Below are positions 48,162-57,803 of a stretch of DNA of 64,000 bases, in pieces. Position 1 is the first letter of the stretch. Each line of letters starts with the position of its first letter. Position numbers and translations under genes: made by a program. Source of the DNA: Candidatus Latescibacterota bacterium (GTDB lineage Bacteria; Latescibacterota; UBA2968; GCA-2709665); the NCBI GenBank assembly GCA_965222075.1, contig OZ244937.1, forward strand, positions 2,560,001 through 2,624,000. Reading direction: 5' to 3'. The notes under the pieces were generated by a model, which saw only the letters and a program-made list of their open reading frames with translations, had not been told where the DNA came from and ran no database searches.

Positions 48162-48196
48162 AATTTCTTGACAACGCCTCCTGGAGTCAAGAAATT
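48162..48196. promoter_or_regulatory. Perfect 11-bp inverted repeat between divergent genes
   Basis: AATTTCTTGAC-N13-GTCAAGAAATT. Confidence 0.6.
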
Positions 48197-48282
48197 GTAG
48201 CAATCAACCGTCTCCAAAACGGAACGGCCCTGGTCTCCATTCTCCCGTATCTGACAATCCGCCTTCAAAAAGGAGATCCCCA

Positions 48283-49074
48283 ATGCACCCCTTCGAAGCC
48301 CTCAAAGTACCCCAGGGCAGCGTCGGCATCCACTGGTTCGGACAGAGTTCCTTCGCCCTTAAAAACACCTCGGACCCCATCGTCCAGGTCGACCCCTACT
48401 TTCCCAGGGAGCGTCCCGCCGACCGGTTCATCCACGCCCAGCCCCCGCTGGATGAGGCAGCGCTCAAAACCGACTTCGTCCTCCTCACCCACAACCACGG
48501 AGACCACACCTGCGTCGAGTCCCTCCGCCGCATCCACGCCGCCTTCCCCGAAGCCCGCTACATCGGCCCTCCCGAAAGCGTGGCGAACATGCTGGAGAAC
48601 GACATCCCCGAGGGCCTCCTCACAACCGTCACGGCCGGAGAGTCTGCCTCTCTGGGCCCCATAACCGCCCACGCCGTCTGGTCCAAACCCATGGAAGGCG
48701 TGCCGGAAGAGGAGATCAAGCCCCCCGACGTCCAGCACCTCGGCTACGTTGTCGAAGCCGGGCCGGTACACGTCTTCATCTCCGGAGACCCCATCAACAC
48801 CATTGCCGACCACGACGAACTCCTTCAACCTATTGCCTTCCTCCAGCCCAACATCGGCCTGCTCACCACCCACCCGGACGAAGGCGAATTCCCCTTCTTC
48901 GCCGGATCGATCGAAACCGCCCTGAAACTCGGCCTGGAGGCGGCGGTGCCGGCCCACTACGACTGTTTCGTCACCCGCACCTACGACCCCAACAAATGGG
49001 CCGCCATGTTTCCGGAGATCGGCCCTCAACCAATCATCATCCCGTACAACGACTCAATCGTCTACCCGGGTTGA
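48283..49074 (+). CDS. MBL-fold metallo-hydrolase (UlaG-like)
   Basis: W.GQS, VDPY, THNHGDH, SGD and PAHYD. Confidence 0.9.
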   Translation: MHPFEALKVPQGSVGIHWFGQSSFALKNTSDPIVQVDPYFPRERPADRFIHAQPPLDEAALKTDFVLLTHNHGDHTCVESLRRIHAAFPEARYIGPPESVANMLENDIPEGLLTTVTAGESASLGPITAHAVWSKPMEGVPEEEIKPPDVQHLGYVVEAGPVHVFISGDPINTIADHDELLQPIAFLQPNIGLLTTHPDEGEFPFFAGSIETALKLGLEAAVPAHYDCFVTRTYDPNKWAAMFPEIGPQPIIIPYNDSIVYPG

Positions 49075-49128
49075 CCTCTTCCCTTCCAGCGAAATAATCG
49101 ACGCAAATCAAATTAAAGAAAGGACAAT

Positions 49129-49815
49129 GTGCAAATCCGGAAACACCACGCCGTCATTTTCGATGTGGACGGCCTCATCATAGATACTGAAGAACTCTAC
49201 TGGAAAACGTTCAACAAAACCCTCGGCGATTACGGCTTCTCGCTCACCCGGAGAGAATACACCGTCTGCGTGGGGCACCCGGTGGAAGACAACTGCCGGT
49301 ATGCCGTTGATCGCTATCATCTTGAAACCTCGCCCGGGGCCTTCTGCAAAATCTGGATGGCGCGGTTTGAGCGGGCCATCTCCGATCCGGAAAAGATCGC
49401 CCTCATGCCCGGCTTCCTGGACCTGTTGGCACACGTCAGGCGCAAACCCTACCGCCTCGGTATTGCCTCTGCCACGCAGCGCTCCCGCATGGAAAAGACC
49501 CTCCGAAACGGTTTGCTTTCCCGCCTGGAAGGCCTCTCTTCCCTGAATGAAATCTTCACGGCCATGCTCTCCGGCAGCGACATTGAACGGCCCAAGCCCG
49601 CTCCTGACATCTACCTCCTGACCGCAGAACGCCTCGGCGTATCCCCCAAAACATGCCTGGCTTTGGAAGACAGCGAAGCCGGCGTCCGGTCTGCGAAGGC
49701 TGCGGGCATGGCCGTCATCGCCGTCCCCAACCTCTTCACCGCCCACCAGGACCACAGCGCGGCCGATGCTGTACTGGCGCATCTGATGGATGCGGTGAAG
49801 GAAGGGCATGTGTGA
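49129..49815 (+). CDS. HAD-family phosphatase (beta-PGM/CbbY-like)
   Basis: FDVDG...DTE, KPAPDIY and EDS..G..SA..AG. Confidence 0.92.
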   Translation: MQIRKHHAVIFDVDGLIIDTEELYWKTFNKTLGDYGFSLTRREYTVCVGHPVEDNCRYAVDRYHLETSPGAFCKIWMARFERAISDPEKIALMPGFLDLLAHVRRKPYRLGIASATQRSRMEKTLRNGLLSRLEGLSSLNEIFTAMLSGSDIERPKPAPDIYLLTAERLGVSPKTCLALEDSEAGVRSAKAAGMAVIAVPNLFTAHQDHSAADAVLAHLMDAVKEGHV

Positions 49816-49950
49816 CAAGCAACTTATGTTCTCTCTTCCACAAATGACCTCTCAACGCCCTCAGGCGTGAGGAGCCTGCAACGATCCTACCCGGAGCACC
49901 CGCGTTCTGGACTTCCACAAGGCCAAATTTGAAATTTTTTCAAAACCACC

Positions 49951-50676
49951 TCATGCATACGCTTCCGCATCATCCTCCGGTTCGTAGCCAAGCTCCTCAC
50001 GCGCGTTCTGGAGGTCCCAGTAGGCCCGGGTATTGTTGGAAATCCCGAAGTAGACCCCGAACCCCACCGACTCGGCCTCAATGCTTCGCCACACAAGCTG
50101 CACCGTATCCCGGTGGCTCAGCCAGGAGGAGAGAATCCGGTCGCCCTTCCGGTTGATTACCGCCTCGGCCGGTTGAAAGGACCCGATGCGGAGGCAGATC
50201 ACGGACAGCCCGAAGGCGTCCACGTAGTACCTCCCCAGGTCCTCTCCGAATGCCTTGCTCACCCCGTAGTAACTGTCCGGCCGCGCCGGCATCTCCGGCG
50301 TCGTATAAACCCCGTTCTTTTCGTAGTACCCGATCACGTGGTTGGTGCTGGCGAACACCACCCGGTTCACCCCGGTCCTCCGGGCAGCCTCATAAATATT
50401 GTACGTCCCCCGGATATTTGTCTCCAGCACCTCCTCGAACGACGCCCCCCCGGACGGATTGCCGGCCATGTGCACCACCGCATCAACCCCGTTCACGGCC
50501 TCGACCATCCGGTCCAGGTCGGTAATGCTGGCAACGCAGACCTCTTCTCCCGGCGCGCCCGGCAGCACGGTGTTGTGATACAGCAGCCTCAGATCGTAGC
50601 GCTCTTTCAACCCCTCTCGCAGCACCTGTCCGATCCTTCCGGCTGCGCCGGTAATCAACACCTTTTTATGGCACAT
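49951..50676 (-). CDS. NAD-dependent epimerase/dehydrogenase (uronate dehydrogenase-like)
   Basis: TGAAG.IG, ASTNH, YYGVSK, LRIGS and WLS.RD. Confidence 0.85.
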   Translation of the reverse strand: MCHKKVLITGAAGRIGQVLREGLKERYDLRLLYHNTVLPGAPGEEVCVASITDLDRMVEAVNGVDAVVHMAGNPSGGASFEEVLETNIRGTYNIYEAARRTGVNRVVFASTNHVIGYYEKNGVYTTPEMPARPDSYYGVSKAFGEDLGRYYVDAFGLSVICLRIGSFQPAEAVINRKGDRILSSWLSHRDTVQLVWRSIEAESVGFGVYFGISNNTRAYWDLQNAREELGYEPEDDAEAYA

Positions 50677-50713
50677 ACCCCTTCCTTTCACCGCATGGAT
50701 GAAGTGTCATATC

Positions 50714-51472
50714 CTATCCTTTTACAGTAAGAATACGCTCTGCGTTCCCACCCAGGACCGCCGTCGCGTCCTCGTCGGACAGATCGGTCACAACGCGGGA
50801 CAGCGCGGCGTAGGGAATGAACAGAGGGGCATGGGACCCGAAAAGGAGCTTCTCTCTCAACCCATCCTCTACCAGCACCTTCAACGCATCCATCCCATCG
50901 GCCTGGGACACGTCGGCATAGAGGTTGGGCAACCCCAGCAGCCGGTCTCCGAGCGCCCGGATTTCGGCCGTCCTCGGCCCCCCGATGACCACCGTCAAAC
51001 CGGGATGCCGTTCAGCAGCATCTGCGACCTCGGCCGCAGCGACGTCGGGCACCTGCGCCAAGGGGTGCTGCCGCCTGGGGTCTTCCAGGCGCGTCTGCAC
51101 AATAACCGCCAGCCCCTCCCGTGACAGGGCCTGGAGGAGACCATCGGCGTCGGCAAGCGCGTAGGGCGAATAGGCGGGCAGCAGCCGGACCAGTCTGACC
51201 CGCAGTTCCCGAACCGCCCGGTTCAGTTCGTCCCGCCAGGTCGCCACGGTGGGGTCCAGCACGGGCACCGGCCAGATGTTGTCGGTGGTGCCGGCCGCCC
51301 GGTAAAGCGCGCCGTTGAAGCGGTGGGGGTTGCGGCACCAGGCCGCTTCTAAGGGCGAGATGCAGATCCGGTCCACCCCGTATTCCTGGAGCGAAGCCCG
51401 TACGCTGTTGAGGTCTCCGACCACCGGGTGCGAGGGCCAGTATCCTGTAAATGCGTTCAGGTCGATAATCAT
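50714..51472 (-). CDS. Amidohydrolase-2 fold protein lacking canonical metal ligands
   Basis: IIDLNA in place of DxHxH and LFGSHAP; ATGA overlap with the upstream paralogue. Confidence 0.75.
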   Translation of the reverse strand: MIIDLNAFTGYWPSHPVVGDLNSVRASLQEYGVDRICISPLEAAWCRNPHRFNGALYRAAGTTDNIWPVPVLDPTVATWRDELNRAVRELRVRLVRLLPAYSPYALADADGLLQALSREGLAVIVQTRLEDPRRQHPLAQVPDVAAAEVADAAERHPGLTVVIGGPRTAEIRALGDRLLGLPNLYADVSQADGMDALKVLVEDGLREKLLFGSHAPLFIPYAALSRVVTDLSDEDATAVLGGNAERILTVKG

Positions 51473-52317
51473 GGTGCATCTCCTTCCGGAACCCCGACCC
51501 CTGCCCACTCTGGCAGCAGCCGGGCCGTGTTGTTCCAGAGGATGTCCTGTTTGGCCGCATCAGGCAGGTGGGTGCCCAGCGTTTTGCCCAACTGCACCCC
51601 GAAGTGGCGGATGGGGGCGTCCGAGCCGTACACCACCCGCTCCGGCCCCAGGGCATCCACGGCGATCTCCACGAAGCCGCTTTCCGGATCGCCTCCGGAG
51701 GTATCCACGAAAATGTTCGGACAATCGACCACATCTTCGATCCCGCGCAGGCCGTGGCCGTTGAGGTGTGCCATCACAATCCGTGCTTCCGGATGGCGTT
51801 TTGCCAGGCCCGCAACATCCGCAGGAAACGACTCGCCCACGAGATTCCCCGTCGTCTTCATCCACGCGTGCTGGAGCACCGGTACCCCCAGCGCCACCGC
51901 CCGCTCCAGAATCGGGTCCAGCCCCGGGTCCGTCGCCCGCCGCGCCACCCACAACTTGATCCCGCTCATCCGTTCGCCCGCCACACACCGATCGATCTCC
52001 TCCACCGCCTCGTCCGGATACATCGGGTTCACATAACAGAACGGCAGAAACACCTCCGGCGCGGCCTCCCGCATCCTCAGCGCATAGTCGTTCGCCTCCC
52101 GGCACTCCGCCACCGACGGCTCCCGGGGACAGGTCGTATACAGCGAAAACAGGCACATCTTCTCCACCCCCGACCGCTTCGCCGATTCCACCAGCAGCCG
52201 CGCATCCTCCCGGATCGACGCCACCTTGTAAAGCCCGAAACAGTCCAGCGGATGCACGTGCACATCCAGCGCAGGCCAGGGCGGCCGCAGCCGGTTTCGT
52301 ACATCGTCAGGCGTCAT
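51469..52317 (-). CDS. Amidohydrolase-2 family protein
   Basis: DVHVH, GIKL, LQH, MAH and YGSDAP. Confidence 0.88.
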   Translation of the reverse strand: MTPDDVRNRLRPPWPALDVHVHPLDCFGLYKVASIREDARLLVESAKRSGVEKMCLFSLYTTCPREPSVAECREANDYALRMREAAPEVFLPFCYVNPMYPDEAVEEIDRCVAGERMSGIKLWVARRATDPGLDPILERAVALGVPVLQHAWMKTTGNLVGESFPADVAGLAKRHPEARIVMAHLNGHGLRGIEDVVDCPNIFVDTSGGDPESGFVEIAVDALGPERVVYGSDAPIRHFGVQLGKTLGTHLPDAAKQDILWNNTARLLPEWAGVGVPEGDAP

Positions 52318-52715
52318 TCTCTTACCTCCGGATGTGGGATAACCGATAAAGAATCTTGACCTCTATACCAAACCTATCTATCTTTCAAAAGGAGAGCAAG
52401 ATAAATTCTCTAAAAATTGACACCGGAGAAGATATCCTGCCGGGATTTTCCATTCTGGTCTCTCAGATTTTCGAATAAGGCGACCCGATCGGTCGCTGCT
52501 GTCCCTTTTATGCGCCCCTGGAACACCTGATCCAGGGGTTTCTTCATGATTTCCCTTGCCCCGATACATCCCGTCGTATATAATTACACCGCCAGGAAAA
52601 ACCGGTCGGCGCGCATCGATCACCAGCTCCGGGCGGTAACCGCCATGGCCTATGGACCTGACGCGGAATGCCCCCGTCTTGATGTGTGCGGTTCAGACCC
52701 CAGAGCCTGAATTCT

Positions 52716-53480
52716 ATGAACGTCCTCATCCTCGCCGCCGGATATGCCACGCGCCTCTATCCGCTAACCCGCGACTTTCCCAAGCCGCTCTTGAAAGTCG
52801 GGAACAAAACCATCCTGGACCACCTCGTCGACCAGGTCCGCACCGTCCCTGAAATCGAGCACGCCTTCCTTATCACCAACCATCGGTTTGTGGACCACTT
52901 CCGGCGATGGGCTGCGCATAAAGCCGCAACCGCGCGTCAAAGCAGGCGCGTGCACACCGGCCTCCGATTCGACATCATCGACGACGGAACGGCCTCCATC
53001 GACGACCGGTTAGGCGCAGTGGGCGACATTCAGTACGCCATTGCGCGCCACGGCATTGCGGACGACCTTCTGGTGTGCGCTGCAGACAACATCCTCCAGT
53101 TCCCCTTAGAGCACTTTGTTGGAGTCTATCGCGCCAACCCCGTGTCCCACATCTGTGTGCGCGCCATCGAAGATGTGGAAGACCGCAAGCGGCGGGGCAT
53201 CGCCGTCTTGAACGACGGAGGCCGCATCGTCGAATTCGCCGAAAAGCCCGGGTGTCCCAAATCCCATTGGGGATCGCTGCCGCTCTACATCTACCCAGCA
53301 GCCATCCTCCCACGCATCGGCGAATACCTCAAAAGCGGTGGAAACCCCGATGCGCCGGGCCACTTCATCGAGTGGCTCTGTGGGGTAGAACCGGTCCACG
53401 CCTACAAAATTCAGGGGTCAGTTCTGGACATCGGCAACCATGAATTGCTCGCCGAGGCAAGAGAAGTATTCCGTTCGTAA
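52716..53480 (+). CDS. Sugar-phosphate nucleotidyltransferase family protein
   Basis: LAAGYATRLYPLT...PKPLL, F.EKP and DIG; TTGCCC-N17-TATAAT promoter at 52556-52584. Confidence 0.9.
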   Translation: MNVLILAAGYATRLYPLTRDFPKPLLKVGNKTILDHLVDQVRTVPEIEHAFLITNHRFVDHFRRWAAHKAATARQSRRVHTGLRFDIIDDGTASIDDRLGAVGDIQYAIARHGIADDLLVCAADNILQFPLEHFVGVYRANPVSHICVRAIEDVEDRKRRGIAVLNDGGRIVEFAEKPGCPKSHWGSLPLYIYPAAILPRIGEYLKSGGNPDAPGHFIEWLCGVEPVHAYKIQGSVLDIGNHELLAEAREVFRS

Positions 53481-53525
53481 CCGGTATATGGCTACGGCAC
53501 ACACCTTATTCAAAGAGGGAGTCCC

Positions 53526-54728
53526 ATGGCAAACGTCAACATCATCCGTCACCAGCCGGGCGCCGTTTTCTGCAGTACCTGCGAAGTCGTCATCACCGAC
53601 AACGACCACAACATCGTCCGCCTCGTAGAGCCCAGCGGCAACGTGGGCACCCAGTACCCCAAAGAGCTCGCCGCCCAGTGGTTCGGCACGGTCCAGAACC
53701 TCAACGCCGGCCTCGCCCGGGGCGGCGTCACCTGGGCCGATGTCTACAAAACCGACGTCCTCTGGACCACCCCGTCTGACGACCGCGATGCCTGCGACGC
53801 CTACAAAAACGCATTCAATGCCGTCTACGCCCCGCTCGTCCAGGCCGTCACCGGGTGTGCGCTCAACGCCAACCGCATGGCCCGCTTCACCCATCCCGAA
53901 GGCTTCCCCGACCCCGAAGCCCTCTTCGAGGTCCAGATCAAAGCGATTCGGGGCGAGGGGGTCACTGTAGGCGGCGGCAAAATCGACTACGGCGCCTGGG
54001 TCGACCACCAGCCCAGCGGCGCCTCCGTGCTGCACACAGACGCCGGCGGAAACACGATCACCACCCTGGGTTCGGATCTGGCGACAGAGGTGGAATTCGT
54101 CCTGACCGAACAGTACGAAAAGAAACTCGCCGGCCAGGGCGTCGACTTCAAAACGCAGACCGCCTGGATGGAGATCCTGGTCGCCGTGGACGACGACCCT
54201 GCCCAGACCTGGAACCGGGTCGAAGCGGTCCGCCAGGCCATGGCCGATTATTTTGGCGACCACCGGCCTGCAGGAAAGATCTACCCGGTCTCCCGTATCC
54301 CCAACTTAGACGGCATCGTGGAGCCTGAGCCCCGCTGCGTGGTCGGCGACGGCGTCGAAATCGACCGCTCCGGCGAGATCGTCGACGGCTTCAGCACCTG
54401 GACCTCTATCCGCCGCTCCGGCGTCACCGAAGTCATGGTCAGCGGCATAGGCGGAGACAACGCCGCCGCCATCCTGGAAACGATAGACGGCCACGTTCGC
54501 ACTGCCGGCGGAGCGGGCCTCAAGGCTGACGGCGTCTTCAACAACGCCTACATCGTCGCGGCCGAAAACAGCGCAGCCAGCCGCAACCGGTTGACCGAAT
54601 TCAACGCTTCATTCTCCGGCTACTACGAAGGTGTGGTCCCCGCCGGCCGCACCGCCCAGTTCGTCCCCGGCTTTATGGCCGAGGCCTGCACCTGCGGCAT
54701 CTCCAACCGGTCGGTCTTCGCCGGGTAA
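53526..54728 (+). CDS. Protein with three tandem Rid/YjgF-like domains
   Basis: NL...L..GG....DV.K, FN.VY and P.AL.EV in unit 1; YFGD.RPA and VE.E in unit 2; FN.....Y.....PA.R in unit 3. Confidence 0.65.
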   Translation: MANVNIIRHQPGAVFCSTCEVVITDNDHNIVRLVEPSGNVGTQYPKELAAQWFGTVQNLNAGLARGGVTWADVYKTDVLWTTPSDDRDACDAYKNAFNAVYAPLVQAVTGCALNANRMARFTHPEGFPDPEALFEVQIKAIRGEGVTVGGGKIDYGAWVDHQPSGASVLHTDAGGNTITTLGSDLATEVEFVLTEQYEKKLAGQGVDFKTQTAWMEILVAVDDDPAQTWNRVEAVRQAMADYFGDHRPAGKIYPVSRIPNLDGIVEPEPRCVVGDGVEIDRSGEIVDGFSTWTSIRRSGVTEVMVSGIGGDNAAAILETIDGHVRTAGGAGLKADGVFNNAYIVAAENSAASRNRLTEFNASFSGYYEGVVPAGRTAQFVPGFMAEACTCGISNRSVFAG

Positions 54729-54930
54729 CCGTGCAGCGTTAAACAGCTCCACCATGCACACACCCTCCCGCATGTCAAGCAACAAAAAAGACGATTGTTG
54801 AGACGTTCGAGGACGAAGACGTATCGGGCGTTGATCCGGTAGAGACTGGTCATCGACTCCCGGATTCCCTGTATTTTCGATGATTCAAATGCCAGAACAA
54901 ATCGGGAGTTATCGAAAAAAACGAACTGCC

Positions 54931-56388
54931 ATGAGCCTCACCAGAACCCTCCTGACCCTCTGCCTGTTCGAGCTCCTCGCCGGATCGGCGTCTGCCCACG
55001 TTTCTGGCCCGGACTTCGACGGCGACCACTACGTCGGACTCTCCGACTTTGTCCTCTTCGCCCAGGCCTTTGGCTCCACCCAGGCCCGGTTCGACCTGAC
55101 CAACGACGGACGGGTGGACTTTCAGGACTTTGTCGCCTTTGCCAGAGATTTTGGGAAGGTGGTCCGCGAAGAGGGGGAAACAGCAATCGTCGTCACACCC
55201 TCCACCTTCGAGAACTTGCAGCGCTACGTCTTCAACGAAAACTGCATCAGCAGCTCCTGTCACACCACCGCAAACGCTGCGGGCGGCCTCTCCCTGGAGC
55301 CCGACGTGGCCTACGAAAACCTGGTGGACCGGGCTCCCATGAATCCCACCGCGTTCGAAAACCGCATGAAACGCGTCGTTCCCGGCGCTCCGGATCAAAG
55401 CTTCCTCATCAAAAAGCTGACCGGCTCCGGCGTGGGCTATGGAGACCCGATGCCGAGGGGGCCCAGCCTCAGCGGGGTTCAGATCGACGCGGTTCGCACC
55501 TGGGTCGCCGGCGGTGCCCCCAGGCAGGGTGTTGTGGAAGGCATGCCCGACCTGAGTGCTCTTGCAATCAAGCGGGTCTTTGAACCGCCGTCGCCGCCAG
55601 AGCGGGGCATCCAGATCCACCTTGAGCCCTTTGCGGTCGAACCCGGCAAGGAACGGGAGATCTTCTCGGCCATGAGACTTGGCGCCACAGAAGACCTCAT
55701 GGTCAATAAGGTCGAAATCGTACAGCCCGAAGGCAGCCACCACTTTATCATCTACAAAGTTGACGACGAGGAGGCCCAGAAACTCCCGCCCGGACTCCGG
55801 GACTTCAATCCCACCACCCCCCTTCAGAACCTCGGCATCTTCACCCGCCGGTTTATCGTCGGCACTCAAACGCCTTACACCCTCCTGGAATTCCCGGAAG
55901 GCGTCGTCATCCCCATGCCCGCAAACGCCGTCTATGAGCTCAACTCCCACTTTGTCAACACCTCGGGGGTAAACACCCTCGTCGGCGAGGTCTACATCAA
56001 CCTCCACACCATCCCCGCAGACGAGGTAAAACACGCCACAAAACCGATCTTTGTCGCCCACCTCGGCTTTGCAATCCCCCCCGGCCAGACCGTCACCTCC
56101 GGCGCGTCCTGGACGCTCGACCGGGATATCAACCTTCTTCTCCTTTTCTCCCACATGCATCGGCACGGCAGACAGTTCGACATCTTCCTGGAAGAAAATC
56201 GGATCTACCGGAGCCTCCACTGGGACGACCCGGAAACCCTGCTCTTCAACCCGCCCCTGTTTGTCAAGTCCGGCCAGAAGGTCCGGTTCGAATGCACCCA
56301 CGAAAACGACGACAAACCCTTCACCATCCGCTTCGGATTTACCGCCGAAAACGACGAAATGTGCATTATGCTGGGCTACTACTACTGA
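54931..56388 (+). CDS. Secreted dockerin-like EF-hand / c-type cytochrome / copper type II monooxygenase fusion
   Basis: Signal peptide; DFDGD..V...DF twice; CISSSCH with downstream MP; SHH, HMH and EMC copper ligands. Confidence 0.78.
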   Translation: MSLTRTLLTLCLFELLAGSASAHVSGPDFDGDHYVGLSDFVLFAQAFGSTQARFDLTNDGRVDFQDFVAFARDFGKVVREEGETAIVVTPSTFENLQRYVFNENCISSSCHTTANAAGGLSLEPDVAYENLVDRAPMNPTAFENRMKRVVPGAPDQSFLIKKLTGSGVGYGDPMPRGPSLSGVQIDAVRTWVAGGAPRQGVVEGMPDLSALAIKRVFEPPSPPERGIQIHLEPFAVEPGKEREIFSAMRLGATEDLMVNKVEIVQPEGSHHFIIYKVDDEEAQKLPPGLRDFNPTTPLQNLGIFTRRFIVGTQTPYTLLEFPEGVVIPMPANAVYELNSHFVNTSGVNTLVGEVYINLHTIPADEVKHATKPIFVAHLGFAIPPGQTVTSGASWTLDRDINLLLLFSHMHRHGRQFDIFLEENRIYRSLHWDDPETLLFNPPLFVKSGQKVRFECTHENDDKPFTIRFGFTAENDEMCIMLGYYY

Positions 56389-56499
56389 TTCTTCTCAACA
56401 CCACCCCGGTCGCTTTCGACATCGACTCGCGTAATCTGAAGCTCGTGCCGCACTCTGTATCCGTCGTCTGTCGTCTGTCGTCAAACTTCACAAAAATCC

Positions 56500-57576
56500 C
56501 TATTCCCCGCCCCCTAACGCTCCTTCCGTGTCCTTCCCTACCCTTCTGTGTTCTTCGGTGATATCAAAGCCTACCTCTTTCAAAGACACCCGTTTGCCGG
56601 TCTGGTGCGCCTGGCGGGCGGCGGTAGCGACCGCAGTGTTTTCAAGCATCTCCCCGTAGGACACCGGCGGTTTCCCGGTCTCAACCATCTGTTTGACCTT
56701 CTTGAGGATCTCAAAAGCGCCATAGGGGAACTCAAAATCCCCCAGATCGGAGGAATGAATGGCCCCCAGGGGACCAAAAGCGCTCGCGTAAAACGCGCAG
56801 TGATAAGTAGCGCCGGTGTCGGCATTCAGCATCACCCCGCATGGGGGAAAGCCCGGTTTGTCGGGGTAGTTTAAATGGATAAACCCAAGCGGATTCTCCC
56901 CCATGCATTCAACGGACGCCACACCCGGGCCGAAAAAATTCTGGGCCAGCGAAATCGCGTGGATCTGTCCGGCAAGGCTCGGCCCTCCCCCTTTTATCGA
57001 CACAAACTCCACCTCGCCCACCTCGGGAAACCGATCGGCAAAAAGCCTGGCCTGCGGCAGCATGCGAAGGATGGACAGGGACAGGACGGGGACCTGATGT
57101 CTTTGGGCCAGGTCAACAATCGCCTGCGCATCTTTCAAATCACAGGCAAGCGGTTTGTCGATAAACGTCGGCACTCCTTTCTCGATACCCGGCGTCGCCA
57201 GTTCCAGATGGTCCGAGCCGTCGTAGTTGCAATCCGCAACAAACACCAAGTCCACATCGTCGGAGACCTCGTCGAAGGTCTGACAGACGCCTGGCCGGGT
57301 CTCAAAGACCGTCGCGAAAACCTCCGCCGCTTCCGGCGACTCGTCCCATACCCTGGTAATTTCAAAATCGTGCAGCGAGGGCACCGTCATGTGCGTGGGA
57401 TCGCTGTAGTGGGTATAAAAGTAGAAATGCGCCCCACCCGTCTGCCAGGTATATGTGGCCTCAGACCGATCGGGCATGGGGGCCTGCAAACGCATGGGAT
57501 CGTGCTCGGCCATCAATGCCCCATAATACATCCCATGCATATCGCACCGGATCAGGCCAACTCGAATCTTATCCAT
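56500..57576 (-). CDS. Gfo/Idh/MocA-like oxidoreductase
   Basis: KIRVGLI, VDLV, H and FIDKPLA motifs. Confidence 0.78.
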   Translation of the reverse strand: MDKIRVGLIRCDMHGMYYGALMAEHDPMRLQAPMPDRSEATYTWQTGGAHFYFYTHYSDPTHMTVPSLHDFEITRVWDESPEAAEVFATVFETRPGVCQTFDEVSDDVDLVFVADCNYDGSDHLELATPGIEKGVPTFIDKPLACDLKDAQAIVDLAQRHQVPVLSLSILRMLPQARLFADRFPEVGEVEFVSIKGGGPSLAGQIHAISLAQNFFGPGVASVECMGENPLGFIHLNYPDKPGFPPCGVMLNADTGATYHCAFYASAFGPLGAIHSSDLGDFEFPYGAFEILKKVKQMVETGKPPVSYGEMLENTAVATAARQAHQTGKRVSLKEVGFDITEEHRRVGKDTEGALGGGE

Positions 57577-57689
57577 AACACACTCCTATCTAAGTGTCCA
57601 AATTTTTAATATGTTATACGGATACCAGAAAACACCCCGGAGATGAAATCAAGATACGTAAAAATTCCTCGAAGAACAAAAAATTTTGC

Positions 57690-57718
57690 TTGACAAATGA
57701 ACGAATGTTCACTATATT
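57690..57718 (+). promoter_or_regulatory. sigma70 promoter with a palindromic LexA-like operator in the spacer
   Basis: TTGACA-N17-TATATT; TGAAC-GAAT-GTTCA at 57698-57711. Confidence 0.7.
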
Positions 57719-57803
57719 TGGAGGAGCACTGAAGTCCAGTACATCAGCTCAGGCAACGTGGTTCGCAATCGGCCAGGAAACTTCAGTTACGGAGGGTAAA
57801 TCC

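Noticed and set aside
52411-52548. Possible 45-aa small ORF (MKKPLDQVFQG...) on the minus strand
   Set aside because: Weak RBS, no recognisable features, and it lies in a divergent promoter region
57594-57803. 70-aa N-terminal extension of the sigma factor
   Set aside because: Overlaps the promoter/operator; the GGAGG RBS supports ATG 57804
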